Source: Amphiscolops sp. MND2022 (Eukaryota). Taken from it: DNA of 64,000 nucleotides. The translations under genes and the position numbers were made by a program. Position 1 is the stretch's first letter, and each line of letters starts with the position of its first letter. Below, piece after piece: positions 19,354 to 32,691 of the stretch. Location of the stretch: NCBI GenBank assembly GCA_964187785.1, contig OZ076409.1, forward strand, positions 31,250,001-31,314,000, written 5' to 3'. The notes beneath the pieces were generated by a model. It did no database searches. It was not told the DNA's origin and worked only from the letters and a program-made list of their open reading frames with translations.

Positions 19354-22139
19354 AATTTAAGCAGAATAGAAGAGCAGAATAGTACAATAGTGTAAGAAAT
19401 AAACTGAACCTTTTTTTTAAGAAAAGAATTGGACCAAAACAAAACTTGCTCTGATTTTTGCTACCATCCAAATAATGAAGAAACTTCCTAATTTAATTTT
19501 TTATTGATTGTTTTTACTACTGAATTGGCATATGGGTCATCATTTTGGACAATTTTGTAACATTGGCACATAATTTGGAACTTTTGTTTATATGGCAGGT
19601 ACTTCTTCATTTACTGAAGCCATTCAACAATTTTACATCAAGATAATTGGTATTATATAGTTTTGGAAAGGGGTTTTCTATTATTTAATTTCATTAACAA
19701 TCTTTCAATTACCAAACATTTGTTTTTGAGGGTATTAGGACATCCTTTCCACGTTTTGAAGATGATTCTCGAAATGTTTTTGTTGGGAGAGTTTTTTTAT
19801 TTCTGCAACTGCCCGGTTTTCCAAACTTACAAGCAAAAACACAAGAGCGCTTATAGGCTTCAATATCGCAAGCACTTGTATTCTCTCAAATCAAATACCA
19901 AACGTTTCTTTTTGAAGGTATTAGGACAATTTTTGCGAATTGTGAAGGTGCTTCTCCTAGTGGTTTTGTTGGGAGAGTTTTTTAAAGTTCTGAAATTGCC
20001 TTTTTCGATATCGCAAGCACTTGTATTCTCTCAAATCAAATACCAAACGTTCCTTTTTGAAGGTATTAAGACAATTTTTGCGAAATGAAAATGAAAAGTT
20101 TACCTTTTGGTGCGTGGCTGGCCAAATAGCAATAATCGACAAAGAGGGCAAAAATTGATAGATAATTCAGCATCGTTTGGGGCTTCAAGTTTCTTGAGTT
20201 TTTCATATCCAAACAGCCCTTTACTAAAAGTTCAGGTTTCCTCAAGCCGTAGGTGAGATTGAAAAATTGAGCCATCAGTCTAACAATGCCTCCCCTATCC
20301 TGGCTCCACCTTTTGTCATCTCCACTGCATTTTGCCAGATGTGTCTTATAATCTACAAATTCCTGTGCAATGTTCAGCTCCCTAGCCGATGGCAAAACGC
20401 TTGACTTCACTGCTTTTCTTATTTCGTCTGGTAGTGAGCCTCGGCTTGATGGGTTCTCGACTTTCACAATGTCTTGACATTCGCATTTGTTGATATGTTT
20501 ATGGGTTACCAGCGACGCAAATCTTCTGAAACACTTTCGGCAGTCGTAAATTATTGTTCTTTTTGGGGCATTTCTCGTTCTGTAAAAATCGAGTGAAAAC
20601 CTTCTTTGTCTCTCATTGAAAATGTCAGAATGTTGGAGAATATGTCTGTCCATTCTGTTGACCAGGGAATGACAGACGAAACATTCGAGCCTGTCGTCTG
20701 CTTTCACGAGTTTACACCGTTTTTTCTCCGTTCTTTCATCTGCTCGAACTCCCAATTCAGCATTCCTGGAAGGTGCTTCAGCTGCTTCCTGTTCTTCAGC
20801 TACGGAAAGAGTAGTTGAGGCCTCCATTCTTTCATCTGCTCCAACTCCCAATTCCGCATTCCAGGAAGGTGCTTCAGCTGCGGAAGAGGTAGTTGACGAA
20901 GGGGTTGCCTTTGTTTTTGCAGCTCTTGGTTCATCAGCCAAGGCCTTATTGCCGAAGGAGCTGTTTTGACTTTGGTCTCTTTCGTTTTGCAAGTTGGGCA
21001 TCGGCAATCGCTGTTATTTTTGCCAAAATAATCCTAGGAGTAAGAAACGGTAACTTCTTGTCCCTTCATTATATCTCTCAGAGGTTCGATTCTGATTATA
21101 GTGTGTGATCTCTCTCCGGAAACAGTGAATCTAGAACAATACAACCCACGATCAGAAAAAGATGCTTGCTCAAGCATTGTCGACAGCCTGTCAAAGAGAC
21201 AGGCACATCCACTCGAACAGATATGAAATAAAACGAACTTAAAAACGACACAAAAAAGCAAATTTAAAAACAAACTTGAAAAACTGACCTTAAAAATTAA
21301 ACACTCGTTTTCTCTGAAACCAAAAACTAAACGTTTGTTTTTGAAGGTATTAAGACATCCTTTGCAAAATTTGAACGTAATACTCTGAGTAGTTTTGTTG
21401 GGAGAGTTTTTCGAAGTTCTAAAATGGCCTAATTTCTTCATGTTAAACAAAACACGAGAGCAATCAACGTTAAAAACTGCAAACTGCATGCGCTCAAATA
21501 AAAAACCAAACGTCTGTTTTTGAGGTTATTAAGAGAAACTAGGAACACTTTGTATATGATCATACAATTAATTTAGTTGGGAGAGATTTTTGAATATCTA
21601 GATTTCCAAATTAGTGTGGAGAAATGAAGAAAACGTTACCGGCAGTTAGGATTGCAATCGTGGTTCACAAAACTGGCAGGGCCCAGCATTATCTTCGCCT
21701 TCTCAGAGTTGTTTTGTACCTTGAATACTGAAAACTCCATTTCAGGTGTTAGGTCGTTTTCCCACATCACTGCTGTGAAACCTGACAACCCTCCAATTTG
21801 TTTGCCCTTCTTAATTGTGTCCACTGCCACGACAGCCATTTGTGTATAAACGCAATTATGCCCGTACATGGGTGTCGGCACGTATTTAACAAATTCGGTG
21901 CTTTCCAGGTACGATCGATAAATAATGTTGTAGAGTTTTTGGTGCCTTTCATTCTTTAAAAGTTCCGGGGCGTTCTCGAGGACACAAAGCTTATGACTTT
22001 TTACAAAGCAATTGTCAATCAAACTCTCGGTTGCCATTGCGTCCAGGTAGCCAAGAATCCGCCAGGGTTCGTATGACTCCTCTTGAAAGTCTTGTGTCTT
22101 TTCGCTTTCCATGTTCGGTGGTGCTTGTTCGGTTACAGA

Positions 22140-22860
22140 TATCTGTTGCATGTCGTCTTGAAGCGAATTTTTGGAAGCGGATATTGGATCCTTACTAACA
22201 TCACTGTCGCTTATGGAAAAGCGTTCTTCAATTCGTTCCGGCTTCGATGGTTTCTCTGTAACAATTTCAGGAGCCTGTTGCATGTCGTCTTGAAACGCCT
22301 TTGAGAAACTTGCCAAAGCAATGCACGGTTTTGGATCCTTACGCTCGCTTGCTGGTTCGATAATAGTTGAGCTACATATTGGACTGCTAACATCACTGTC
22401 GCTTATGGAAAAGCGTTCTTCAGTTCGTTCTGGCTTCGATGGTTCCTCTGTAACAATTTCAGGAGCTTGTTGCATGTCGTCTAGAATCGCCTTTGCGAAA
22501 CTTGCCAAAGCATTGGACGGTTTTGGATCCTTACGCTCGCTTGCTGGTTCGATAATAGTTGAGCTACATATTGGACTGCTAACATCACTGTCGCTTATGG
22601 AAAAGCGTTCTTCAGTTCGTTCTGGCTTCGATGGTTCCTCTGTAACAATTTCAGGAGCTTGTTGCATGTCGTCTAGAATCGCCTTTGCGAAACTTGCCAA
22701 AGCATTGGACGGTATTGGATCCATGCCCTCGCGTTCTGATTCGGTTATAGTTGAGCTACATATTGGACTGCTAACATCACTGCCGCTTATGGCAAAGCGT
22801 TCTCCAATTCGTACTGGATCCAATGGCTCCTCTATAACGATATCTGGAGCCTGTTGCTCG
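22140..22860 (-). repeat. Coding tandem repeat, 192 bp (64 aa), about 4 copies
   Basis: DDMQQAPEIVTEEPSKPERTEERFSISDSDVSSPICSST... repeats with 192-bp spacing (22489 vs 22681); a second 180-183-bp repeat (LRGRAIETS) occurs 3 times at 23040-23445. Confidence 0.9.
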
Positions 22861-23526
22861 CGTGCTGGTGGATCGCAAGACATTGGATCCATTATAGTTG
22901 AGTTACAAAGATCTTCAGTTCCAGTTGTCTCCAATGGCTGTTTTTGTGTTCGCAAATGGTTTAGCCTACTCGTTTTTTGAGTCTTCGAGGGACGTGAAGT
23001 CGAGGTTGATTGTATTAAACTTCGCTTTCTTTTGGTGCAATTTATCAAAGGCGATGTTTCAACCGCTCGTCCTCTAAGTTTTTGTTGTCTTTTTTGTTCG
23101 TTGCCAGTCGGCTCCAGAGGCTGTTTTTCTGTCTGCACCTGGCTTGTCTTGCTTCTTTTCCGAGTCTTTGAGGGATCAATACTCGGGGTCGATTTCATAG
23201 GGCTTACTTTTCTTTTCGTGGAGTTTTTCACAGGCGATGTTTCAATCGCTCGTCCTCTAAGTTTTTGTTGTATTTTTTGTTCGTTACCAGTCGGCTTCAA
23301 AGGCTGTTTTTCTGACTGCACCTGGCTTGGCTTTCTTTTCCGAGTTTTCGAGGGAGCAAAACTCCGTTTTGATTTTGTAGGGCTGACGTTCTTCTTTGTG
23401 GAGTTTATCAAATGCGATGTTTCAATCGCTCGTCCTCTAAGAGTTCGCATTTTGTTAGTTGAGTTGCTTTTTTCAGATTCGACTGATCTTTGAGAAAGTT
23501 AGGTTCAACAATGAGGGCTCCCCAAT

Positions 23527-23634
23527 ATTAAAATGTCCTGGGTATCAATTGTGGTTACTCGTTGCCGGGAGCAAGTTTCAATTAAAATGTCCCGGGTATC
23601 AATTGTGGTTACTCGTTGCCGGGAGCAAGTTTCT
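23527..23634. repeat. 54-bp tandem duplication between the divergent SET-YR and JmjC genes
   Basis: ATTAAAATGTCC(T/C)GGGTATCAATTGTGGTTACTCGTTGCCGGGAGCAAGTTTC twice. Confidence 0.9.
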
Positions 23635-23939
23635 AATTAGTAAAGCATTTGACAAGAGTTTAAAATTGCTTCTAATTGGGGAAGTTATTGTGGAATGGTC
23701 TCTAACTCGTGTGGTAAAGCAATTGGTGGTGCAATTTGGAGATAATTAAAATGCGACTGATATCAACGAGATATTTACTACTTTGTGTTATAGCTACTAT
23801 GTGTTTTAAATCAGATTTTTTGGAGACCTCCTCCCCAACCGTTCCAGAGAAGTGAAACTTGGGACATGGTTTATTACTTTTTTTGAGGGAAAAGGAAAAA
23901 ATTCCATTTTTTCATGAAGCCTCGCGATAAATGCATGTT

Positions 23940-25084
23940 TGATTTAGAAGTTCCCAAATCGATGAGATCTTCAACCTAGCAAGAACTGGACAGTTCGAAC
24001 ACCTAGGAATGTTGCCTTTGCCAGTTAAAACGTCATGGGATTTCGAAGGGGATGTGGCTTTTCCCGACCTTCCCTTCGTCGTTCGAGGTGACCGCAGCGA
24101 AGAGATATTTTCTTGGAGTCCTCGTTTGAAGGCAAAGTGGAACGATGGGCAGCCACGTGACATCGAGGAGTTTCTTTCAAGCGAGAAAAGTTTCAACCGT
24201 GTGAAAACGGATGGCAAAGCAGTTGGATTCCCTGGATCCACAACTCATTCATTTGAGCTCCCAACAACGGATGTCACTTTGCAAGTGCATCCGAGCGTTA
24301 AGGTCATGAGTGCTGCAAGTATTGCTGCAATAGGTGACTGGTGCACTCTGGGACATATAGAATGGGGTGGCGGCGAGTCAATCGCCAAACATATCTCGGG
24401 GCGCAAGCTCTGGATATTCGCGAACAAGTCCCATGGTAAAACGCTTTTCGATATTGCGAACTTCGAAGATCTACATGATTTTCTGACGAAGAAAGAAGCG
24501 AGGCGTAGCAGTGGAAAAAACTGGAGAAACATATTTTTTACCATCTGTCGGTACCTGGGGACGTGATAGTCCAACCTAGTTTTGCGGTTCACGCAGTTTT
24601 TACACAGGCGTCGCAATTGAATGGCAGACCTGTTTGGGCTTGCGTGACAGGCTACGAGGCTTTGGATCCCCGATTCGACAATGGACATCGTGGAATGCGA
24701 GTGCTAAATGAGTTTGCCCTGGGCATTCGTCGAAATGAAATCCTTAAAGAGCTAAAGACCAAAACCCACTATGAAGTCCTTCGGCTTTTGAGGATCCGCG
24801 ACTACCGACGTGCCGCAGAGAAGGCTGCCGCAAACGACAACCCTTTACCTAATGAGGTTGTAGAGACAGATGTCACGACACACGTGAAAGTACTGTATCT
24901 TGCGTGCTACGATTTAAAACAGTGTGTTGTGAGTCGTCAGTCAAATCGGGGCAGGAAGAAAGGTCGCGCTGGCAACCTTCCGATTGCCCGTCGAACCGGA
25001 GCCAGTGTCCTGTGGGAAGTTACAGACCTTGAAAGGAGGCAGTGGCCTGTTCTTGTTCTCCAGGAACTGGAGAAAGTCTCGTAA
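23940..25084 (+). pseudogene. JmjC-domain 2OG/Fe(II) oxygenase, putative histone demethylase, frameshifted
   Basis: TLGHIEWGGGESIAKHISGRKLWIF (HxE at 24354-24362) then, after a shift in the T6 run at 24534-24539, YHLSVPGDVIVQPSFAVHAVFT (distal His 24590-24592); in-frame stops upstream of 23940. Confidence 0.75.
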
Positions 25085-26153
25085 CTGTTTCAAACTAGTA
25101 AGTTTTGGGAATTTCAGTTTTTGAGCCTTCATCTAGATGGTGTGCAAATGACCTTAAACTACTTCCTCTCTTAGCCAAGATCAAACGTTGGTTTTCGAAA
25201 GGTTTCAAGTTCGTGATTGTAACTTTTTAGGAGTTGCTGTTTGTTCTAAAATGTTTTTTCTCCAATTTACCAGAATAACACAAGACATCAAAAAAAATTT
25301 TCAAAGTTCAAATTGAAAAATCAATTACCAAACATTTGTTTTTGAGGGTATTAGGACATCCTTTCCACGTTTTGAAGATGATTCTCGAAATGTTTTTGTT
25401 GGGAGAGTTTTTTTATTTCTGCAACTGCCCGGTTTTCCAAACTTACAAGCAAAAACACAAGAGCGCTTATAGGCTTCAATATCGCAAGCACTTGTATTCT
25501 CTCAAATCAAATACCAAACGTTTCTTTTTGAAGGTATTAGGACAATTTTTGCGAATTGTGAAGGTGATTCTCCTAGTGGTTTTGTTGGGAGAGTTTTTTA
25601 AAGTTCTGAAATTGCCTTTTTTCTCCCTTATAAAAAAATCACGAAAACAATTTACCTCAGGAATTGCAAGCACTTGTATTCTCTCAAATCAAATGCCAAA
25701 CGTTGTTTTTGAGGGTAATAGGACAACTTTTGCAAATTGTGAAGGAGATTCCCCGAGTGATTTTGTTGGGAGAGTTTTTTAAAGTTCTGAAATTGCCTTT
25801 TTTCTCCCAATTAAAAAAAATCACGAAAGCAATTTATCTTAGGAATTGCAAGCACTTGTTTTCTCTCAAATCAAATACCAAACGTTTGTTTTTGAGAGTA
25901 TTTGGACATCCTTAGCAAATTTTCAAGAAGACCCTCCAATTAGTTTTGTTGGGAGAGTTTTTTGAAATTCTAGGTTTGCTTTTTTTTCAGATTACAAGTT
26001 CGCGGAATTGAACAAAATGATATTGAATCGATCTTTTCTGTTTCAGGGGAATGCCGCTCATCCGTCGAAACTGATGAAGTCAGAAAGACTCTTGTATTGG
26101 AAGTGGGATTCTAACGTTATAATCTAATTTTTAACTCCGCCAGGTGTTCACCT

Positions 26154-26210
26154 GCCGGTCTCAAGCCCGGATGAAGGAGGAGAGTTTGGGCATTGTGTGC
26201 CCTGTAAAAA
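26154..26210 (+). mobile_element. Short remnant resembling the conserved RTE-clade LINE/SINE motif
   Basis: GCCGGTCTCAAGCCCGGATGAAGGAGGAGAGTTTGGGC resembles CCGGTCCCAAGCCCGGATAAAGGAGGAGGGTTG as I recall it; not searched. Confidence 0.35.
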
Positions 26211-27601
26211 TATCTAAATATCCTTTTTAGAAGTCAACACGTGCAAACCGAAACTTTGTTTTCACCCGGTTCAGTTGTAGAGTTCAAGTTGAATTTGTTT
26301 CAGTTGAAAAGATTTGCTGTCACGCACTCAAACAAATGCAATGAAATACAGTCTAAAGGTGATTTGTTGTAAGATCAGGTTCAGGAAGGGAGAATCCTTG
26401 GGATTGATCAACGCAATGATGACTGTGAATCGTGTGCTAACTCAATGTAGTTCACCAAGCAACGACGCGACGTCACGTATTACACAGTGCAGCCTGTATG
26501 ATTCACTAGATTTCAAACAATATGTAAACTTACATATGCAATGTATTGTGTGAATATTGTGAGTTACATTGTGTGCGTATAGTATGAATTACGTTGCACT
26601 CCGTGTAGTAGTACTACACATTGTAGTACACATTGCAATACAAACTTTGTCGCTTTGTCAGTTTTAACAGTCAGAAGAAAAAGTCGAGGAAATATTCCAA
26701 TTAGATCTGATTTCATCGATGCAACCTGTTTATTTTCCCAGAGATCCCGTACTATTACTCCGACAGAAATTTAGTTTCAACCTGTTGGCCCTTCGTAAGT
26801 GTTTTCAAAATTTAATTTAATCGGAAAATAGGTACATAGTTTACCGCAATCCCCTATCGAAATGCAATTTTGATCCAGAATACTCTACTAAAGTATATGA
26901 ATTTTGCAAACAAAGAATGAACTCTACCAAAACTGGTACTTGATTCGAGAGAGTACACGTGCTTTTGATTTCTCAAGAAATTTGCGTTTTTTCAGTTTGT
27001 TTTGTAGTCTGGTTAAAATGAGCAATTTCAAGCTGATCTGATTTCATTTTTAATACTACGACAAATGTTCTCGAAAAACTGTGTTCCAGAAAATTCAAAT
27101 AAAAGTATAGGGTTTTTGTCTCTTTCTCTTATCTTCCGTTTGACTTAATACATTGCTGACTTTCCATAGCTCCGAATATTCATAGCATCGAAAACAAAAT
27201 AGAGTACCATAAGTTCGAAAATTAATTATAATTAACTGGGTAACAATTAAAGTAATTTTTTTGCCAGCCTGCGCGAATTTCACATGTAAAAATATTACGT
27301 TGGAAATTTCGCTATAATGGAACTAAATGTAAATTCGGAGCTATGAATTCGGGACCTCGTTTTTTGGTTAATTTTTTTTCTCGAATTGAGTTTATACCTC
27401 GAAAGTCATTCAATTTTCACCTATTACGTTTATTTGCTTTGTGGTAGTTTATTTTCTTTGTTTCTTGATTTTCTAGACGAACCTTTTTGGTACTAAATGA
27501 TTTTGAGCTACCAAAAAATGCATGAGGAGCAATAACATTTCAATTCATTCATTTGAAAAATTGTAAAAATTAAAAAAATTCATCCACGTAAATGTAAAGT
27601 T

Positions 27602-28705
27602 TTACTTTTTCCACGTTCCGAGGAAACTCTTTTTGCGGCATAATGGGCACTTCACCTCAATTGGTTCCACATTGTCTTCTCGATCCCTGTCAAACAAACA
27701 TAACCTAATCAGTACAACGATCCCTACTAGTAATGAAGTCAATCGGAAAATTCAATATCTTCACAGTGGTTTCTTCGCCATTCTGAATCCAAGATTAAGT
27801 GATAACATTTTTTTTGACTTTTGACCAATCCAGAACCAACGTGACCCAGGTTGTCTGTCATCAATTTCAGGAAAAATGTGGAATTTTTCTAGTTTGTATC
27901 TAGATCAATGTCTCGTCCGATTTCGAACTGATTTCTGCATCTATGTGGTCTAATACTTATGAATCGTACTGTAGTTTTGCTGTCTTCATGTCTTTTTTTC
28001 GAGAAACCTTGCTACAAAATATTGTTTCAGCTCAAATAATGGATAGTGGTCAAAAACAGGGCCATATCCATCTTTTTCGAAGTCAGTTTTGGCTATCGGA
28101 ACGTCTCGTTTCAAATTTTTCAGCCATGGTTCATGGATTTCCATCCATGATCATCCATGAGATCATGGCATGGTCATGGAATGATTCTCGGCATGGTGGG
28201 TCCATGAATCATGGATGGAAATCCATGAATGGCCAACCTGGGGAGTTTCAGTTTTGCAAATAACAAAACGATTCACTTCGAAGCCTCGAAAGCACAGGAT
28301 TAAGTGGGCCCAGAAGTTTTGTTCCTTATTTGAAATTCCCAATTGTTTTTCGAAACGTTTGTTTTTGGGGTTTTAATAAAGTCTGTAGAAAGGTTGTTGC
28401 TGATCCGTTTGCTAGAATTGTTGGGATTGACTTCAGGTTTTTTATTCACCTTGAACTGACTATAATTAAGGTCATCTCTGCTTGATAAACTCTGAAGCTA
28501 AACGCGAACATATCAAAAGAATAAAGGGAAAGAAAATGAGAAAAAGGTTATGATACTTACTTCTTCAAAACTTTTATCCATTCTTCACGGCACGGGCTGC
28601 AAATTGCATGGTTTTCGTCCAAAAACCAGATCAAGTTCCAACAGCTCTCCCCACAAATGGCACACAGCATTTGGGTTGAGTTTTTTGAAGACTTTTTGCA
28701 AAGAA
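27602..28705 (-). pseudogene. Spliced RING-finger gene remnant, homologue of 2186-2710
   Basis: Exon ending 28561 reads QMLCAICGESCWNLIWFLDENHAICSPCREEWIKVLK|GTAAG (same intron position); last exon reads EPIEVKCPLCRKKSFLGTWKK* ending 27602; acceptor unclear with in-frame stops nearby. Confidence 0.65.
27845..28242. mobile_element. Possible MITE with CCCAG termini inside the RING intron
   Basis: CCCAGGTTG at 27845 and CAACCTGGG ending 28242; GA on both flanks; internal CATGGA-rich foldback 28125-28230. Confidence 0.45.
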
Positions 28706-31605
28706 ATGTGGTTTTATGAAAACTGCTCAAGAACAGCGTGAACCCGAATTATGAGCTGTCAAAGACTCGTATGAAAAGGTCCTCAAGACGATTTAATGTC
28801 AGAGAGAACCCAAAATATGATCTGGCAAAGACTTGTATGAAAAAAAGTTCTTTTAGTTCATTTCATACCAAAAAACAAACAACTTGCGCTATCTTCGTAG
28901 ATGAGTTGCTTTTTTCTAAATAATCTTTAATTAAGTAATTAAGTTAAGTGTAACATGGCATCTTACCAAGTAATCGTCTTCAAATCAAACCAAACAAAAG
29001 GTTCTTTTTAGTTTCTCAGTGTGTAATTATTAATTGTATTCGAAAGACAAGATTGTTGTGAGATTGAAACAAACTACTATACCTTTCACCAAACAATTCT
29101 GAAGTTGATCCGTTGGGTGGTTCTGTAGGGAGAGTTTTTTGAGGTTCTAAATTTGTTTTCGGGAAGGGGGGCAATCAAGCAGAAACTAGTCCTTTGTGGT
29201 ACTCTATGTTTCGTTGAATGACTATTATACCATTTTTTTGTTCATTTTGTGAGTTGCATCTCTAAGGTTGCATGTTTTCTCCAAAAAAATCAACAACCCA
29301 AAAACTACCGAAAACATTCGCAAGCATTTGTATTTTCTCAAATCAAATACCAAACGTTTGTTTCTAAGTGTTTGAAAAACTTATTTGCAAATTTGGAGAA
29401 TGATCCTCAGAGTAATTTTGTTGGGAGAGTTTTTGCAAGTTTTAACTTTGTTCTTATTCTCAAAATGGAAAAAAATCTCATTGATGAAATATGTTTATTA
29501 CAGAACAAATTACTGACATAAGATCTAAAACCACTCAAATTCACAGGAGTAAGATCTAAACTCACTGGAGAACCAGTGGAAAATGTTTTTCTGACACGAT
29601 TTGAAACTACAAACAGGGTTTAAAGATACTTCCGAGCTGGTCCTGATACTTTCCCCATTTTGTTTGGCTTTGATGCGTCAGGGGTGCGAATAACTTCTAA
29701 AGGCATTCCGTGTGGTGAATCTTTTCAGTTGGTACCATTCGATTTGTCATTGAATTTTTTCCAAATTACATTTGTTTGTTCTCGAATACAACACCAAACG
29801 TTTGTTTCTAGATGTTTTAAAACCTTGTTTGCAAATTTTGAAAATGATTCTCTGGTTAATTTTGTTGGGAGAGTTTTTTCAAGTTCTTTGTTCTAAATTT
29901 GTTCATTTTCTCGATGAAAAATATCGGTGAAATTTTCTATTCAAGAACGAATTGTGCTTTCGTGTTGAAGGGAATTCGCAACAAGGTCTATAAACCTGAA
30001 ATTACAGAACAAATTACTGACATAAATCAGAATCTTCTCAGTTGCTAAAAACTTTGAACGAAATTTTCATTTTCAAAAATTTCGAACTTTCCACTGATTG
30101 TAGGTTTGTTTTTCCTTGTAGTTTTGATGGGAGAGTGTTTTCCAGTTCTAGCCCTCTTTTATAAGGTATTACGACATCATCTGCAAATTTGAGCTTATTT
30201 CTAATGGAACCCTGCAGAGGCCACGTTTTCGACGTGGGTTTCGTTATGGGTGACACATTGTGATCCCCATACAGATAGGATACAGATAGGAGGTATGCAC
30301 CATTCAATTTGTCATTGAATGCAGTACCTGGGAATGACAGGGAATGGCCCCATGGATAATCTTCTATCATTTTGACCGATGATTCAATCTGATGAGCCGT
30401 GTTGAAAATTTCGTTCAAAGTCGAATATTTTTTCTTACTGTGTCAGTTTTCGTCTCTTGTTCTGTCTCTTGACTCTGAGGGGTACCGTATTGGCCCAGGT
30501 AGTATCAAATACCGAACGTTGTTTTTTGAGGGTATCAGGGAATCCTCTGCAAGTTTTGAAGCTGATCCAGTGGGTAGTTTTGCTGGGAGAGTTTGTTGAA
30601 ATTCTAAATTTGCCTTTTTTTTTCAAAACACATTTGTATTTTTTCAAATCCAAAACCATACGTTTGTTTCTAGATGTTTTAAAACCCTTTTTGCAAGTTT
30701 TGAAAATGATTCTCCTGTTAATTTTGTTGGGAGAGTTTTTTGAAGTTGTTTGTTCTTTGTTCATTTTCTCGAAATAAAAAAATAACAAGAGCGGGATCAA
30801 GATTCGATGCCAAATGTTGAAATTAATTGGTTGAACTCTCGGCCAATAAGGAAGCGCAATAACTACTAGCAATTCACAAAATCAGAGTTTTTCTGGAATC
30901 AGAAATTAAGATCCAATAAAATAACTGATGTCGACATAATCATATCCAATACATCGACTGTCAGTTAAAAGTTGCTCATCAGATTTTATCTTGGAGGAGA
31001 CAATTTGCGTTGAAATAGGGGCCTTGAAATAGGGATTGTAGGTTTTGTTTTTCCTTGCAGTTTTGTTCGGAGAGTTTTTTTCAGTTTTATTGTTGTTGTT
31101 GTTGTCCAAAGTTGAGCTCATTTCTAATGAAACCCTGCAGAGGCCACGTTCTCGACGTGGGTTTCGTTATGGGTGACACATTGTGATCCCCGAACAGAGA
31201 GCCTCTTTAAAAATACAAAATACTGGGAGAAATGATTTTACGTTGTGATTTTCTATCATAGCTATCATTTTTGCCCGACATTTCATCTTACTACTAACAT
31301 TGTTTGCAGTACCAATTTAAAATTTTTCCTAATTTTTTTTGGACATCAGACCAATAAAATCTTCAAATTGTAACAAAAAAAATGAAGAAACTACTTCGAA
31401 AAAAAATTATCACAGAACTTCGAAAAACCCATCACGGGTCCTTTTTTGGTTTTCTTTTTCACTGCAACATGATTTTGAACCAATATGTGATCTCAAAAAT
31501 TTTTAAATGGCTTATCCAAAATAAAATGACAATTAACAGTCCTTGTTACTTCAAACTGTCAAACTAACAACTACCTCAAGGACTTCATTTTGTCACCACG
31601 ATCTA

Positions 31606-32691
<1,086 letters not shown>

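Larger units (their letters stand above)
17120..23450 (-). pseudogene. Spliced SUV4-20-like SET / zinc finger / tyrosine recombinase fusion (4 exons, disrupted)
   Basis: Exons 23450-21640, 21130-20104, 18558-18312, 18179-17120 joined by phase-compatible GT-AG introns. SET: IMLGPASFVNHDCNPNCR|FTVSG...LRDIMKGQEVTVSYS*DYFGKNNSDCRCPTC. YR: RINTR|SGPILHLTW, HKTG, NSIRK, AHSEKTAKEKY. In-frame TAG at 21034-21036 and a frameshift after the post-SET cysteines. Confidence 0.85.
15660..31085. repeat. Element-B-specific repeat with ~183-bp unit and core TTTTGTTGGGAGAGTTTT
   Basis: Tandem blocks at 16530-17030, 19720-20085, 21300-21600, 25335-25970; scattered copies at 15670 and 29120-31080; 19705-20005 nearly identical to 25320-25620. 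Confidence 0.85.

Noticed and set aside
22321..23493. Plus-strand ORFs of 219 and 153 aa, and the 323-aa ORF at 36052-37023
   Set aside because: Antisense shadows of the repetitive SET-YR coding regions
27630..27670. EVKCP read as a YqaJ/lambda-exonuclease motif
   Set aside because: It continues CPLCRK and pairs with an upstream CxxC...HxxCxxC exon, so it is a RING C-terminus
16608..30872. ORFs containing KNSPNKT or LLGEFF peptides
   Set aside because: Translations of the non-coding ~183-bp repeat in varying frames and strands
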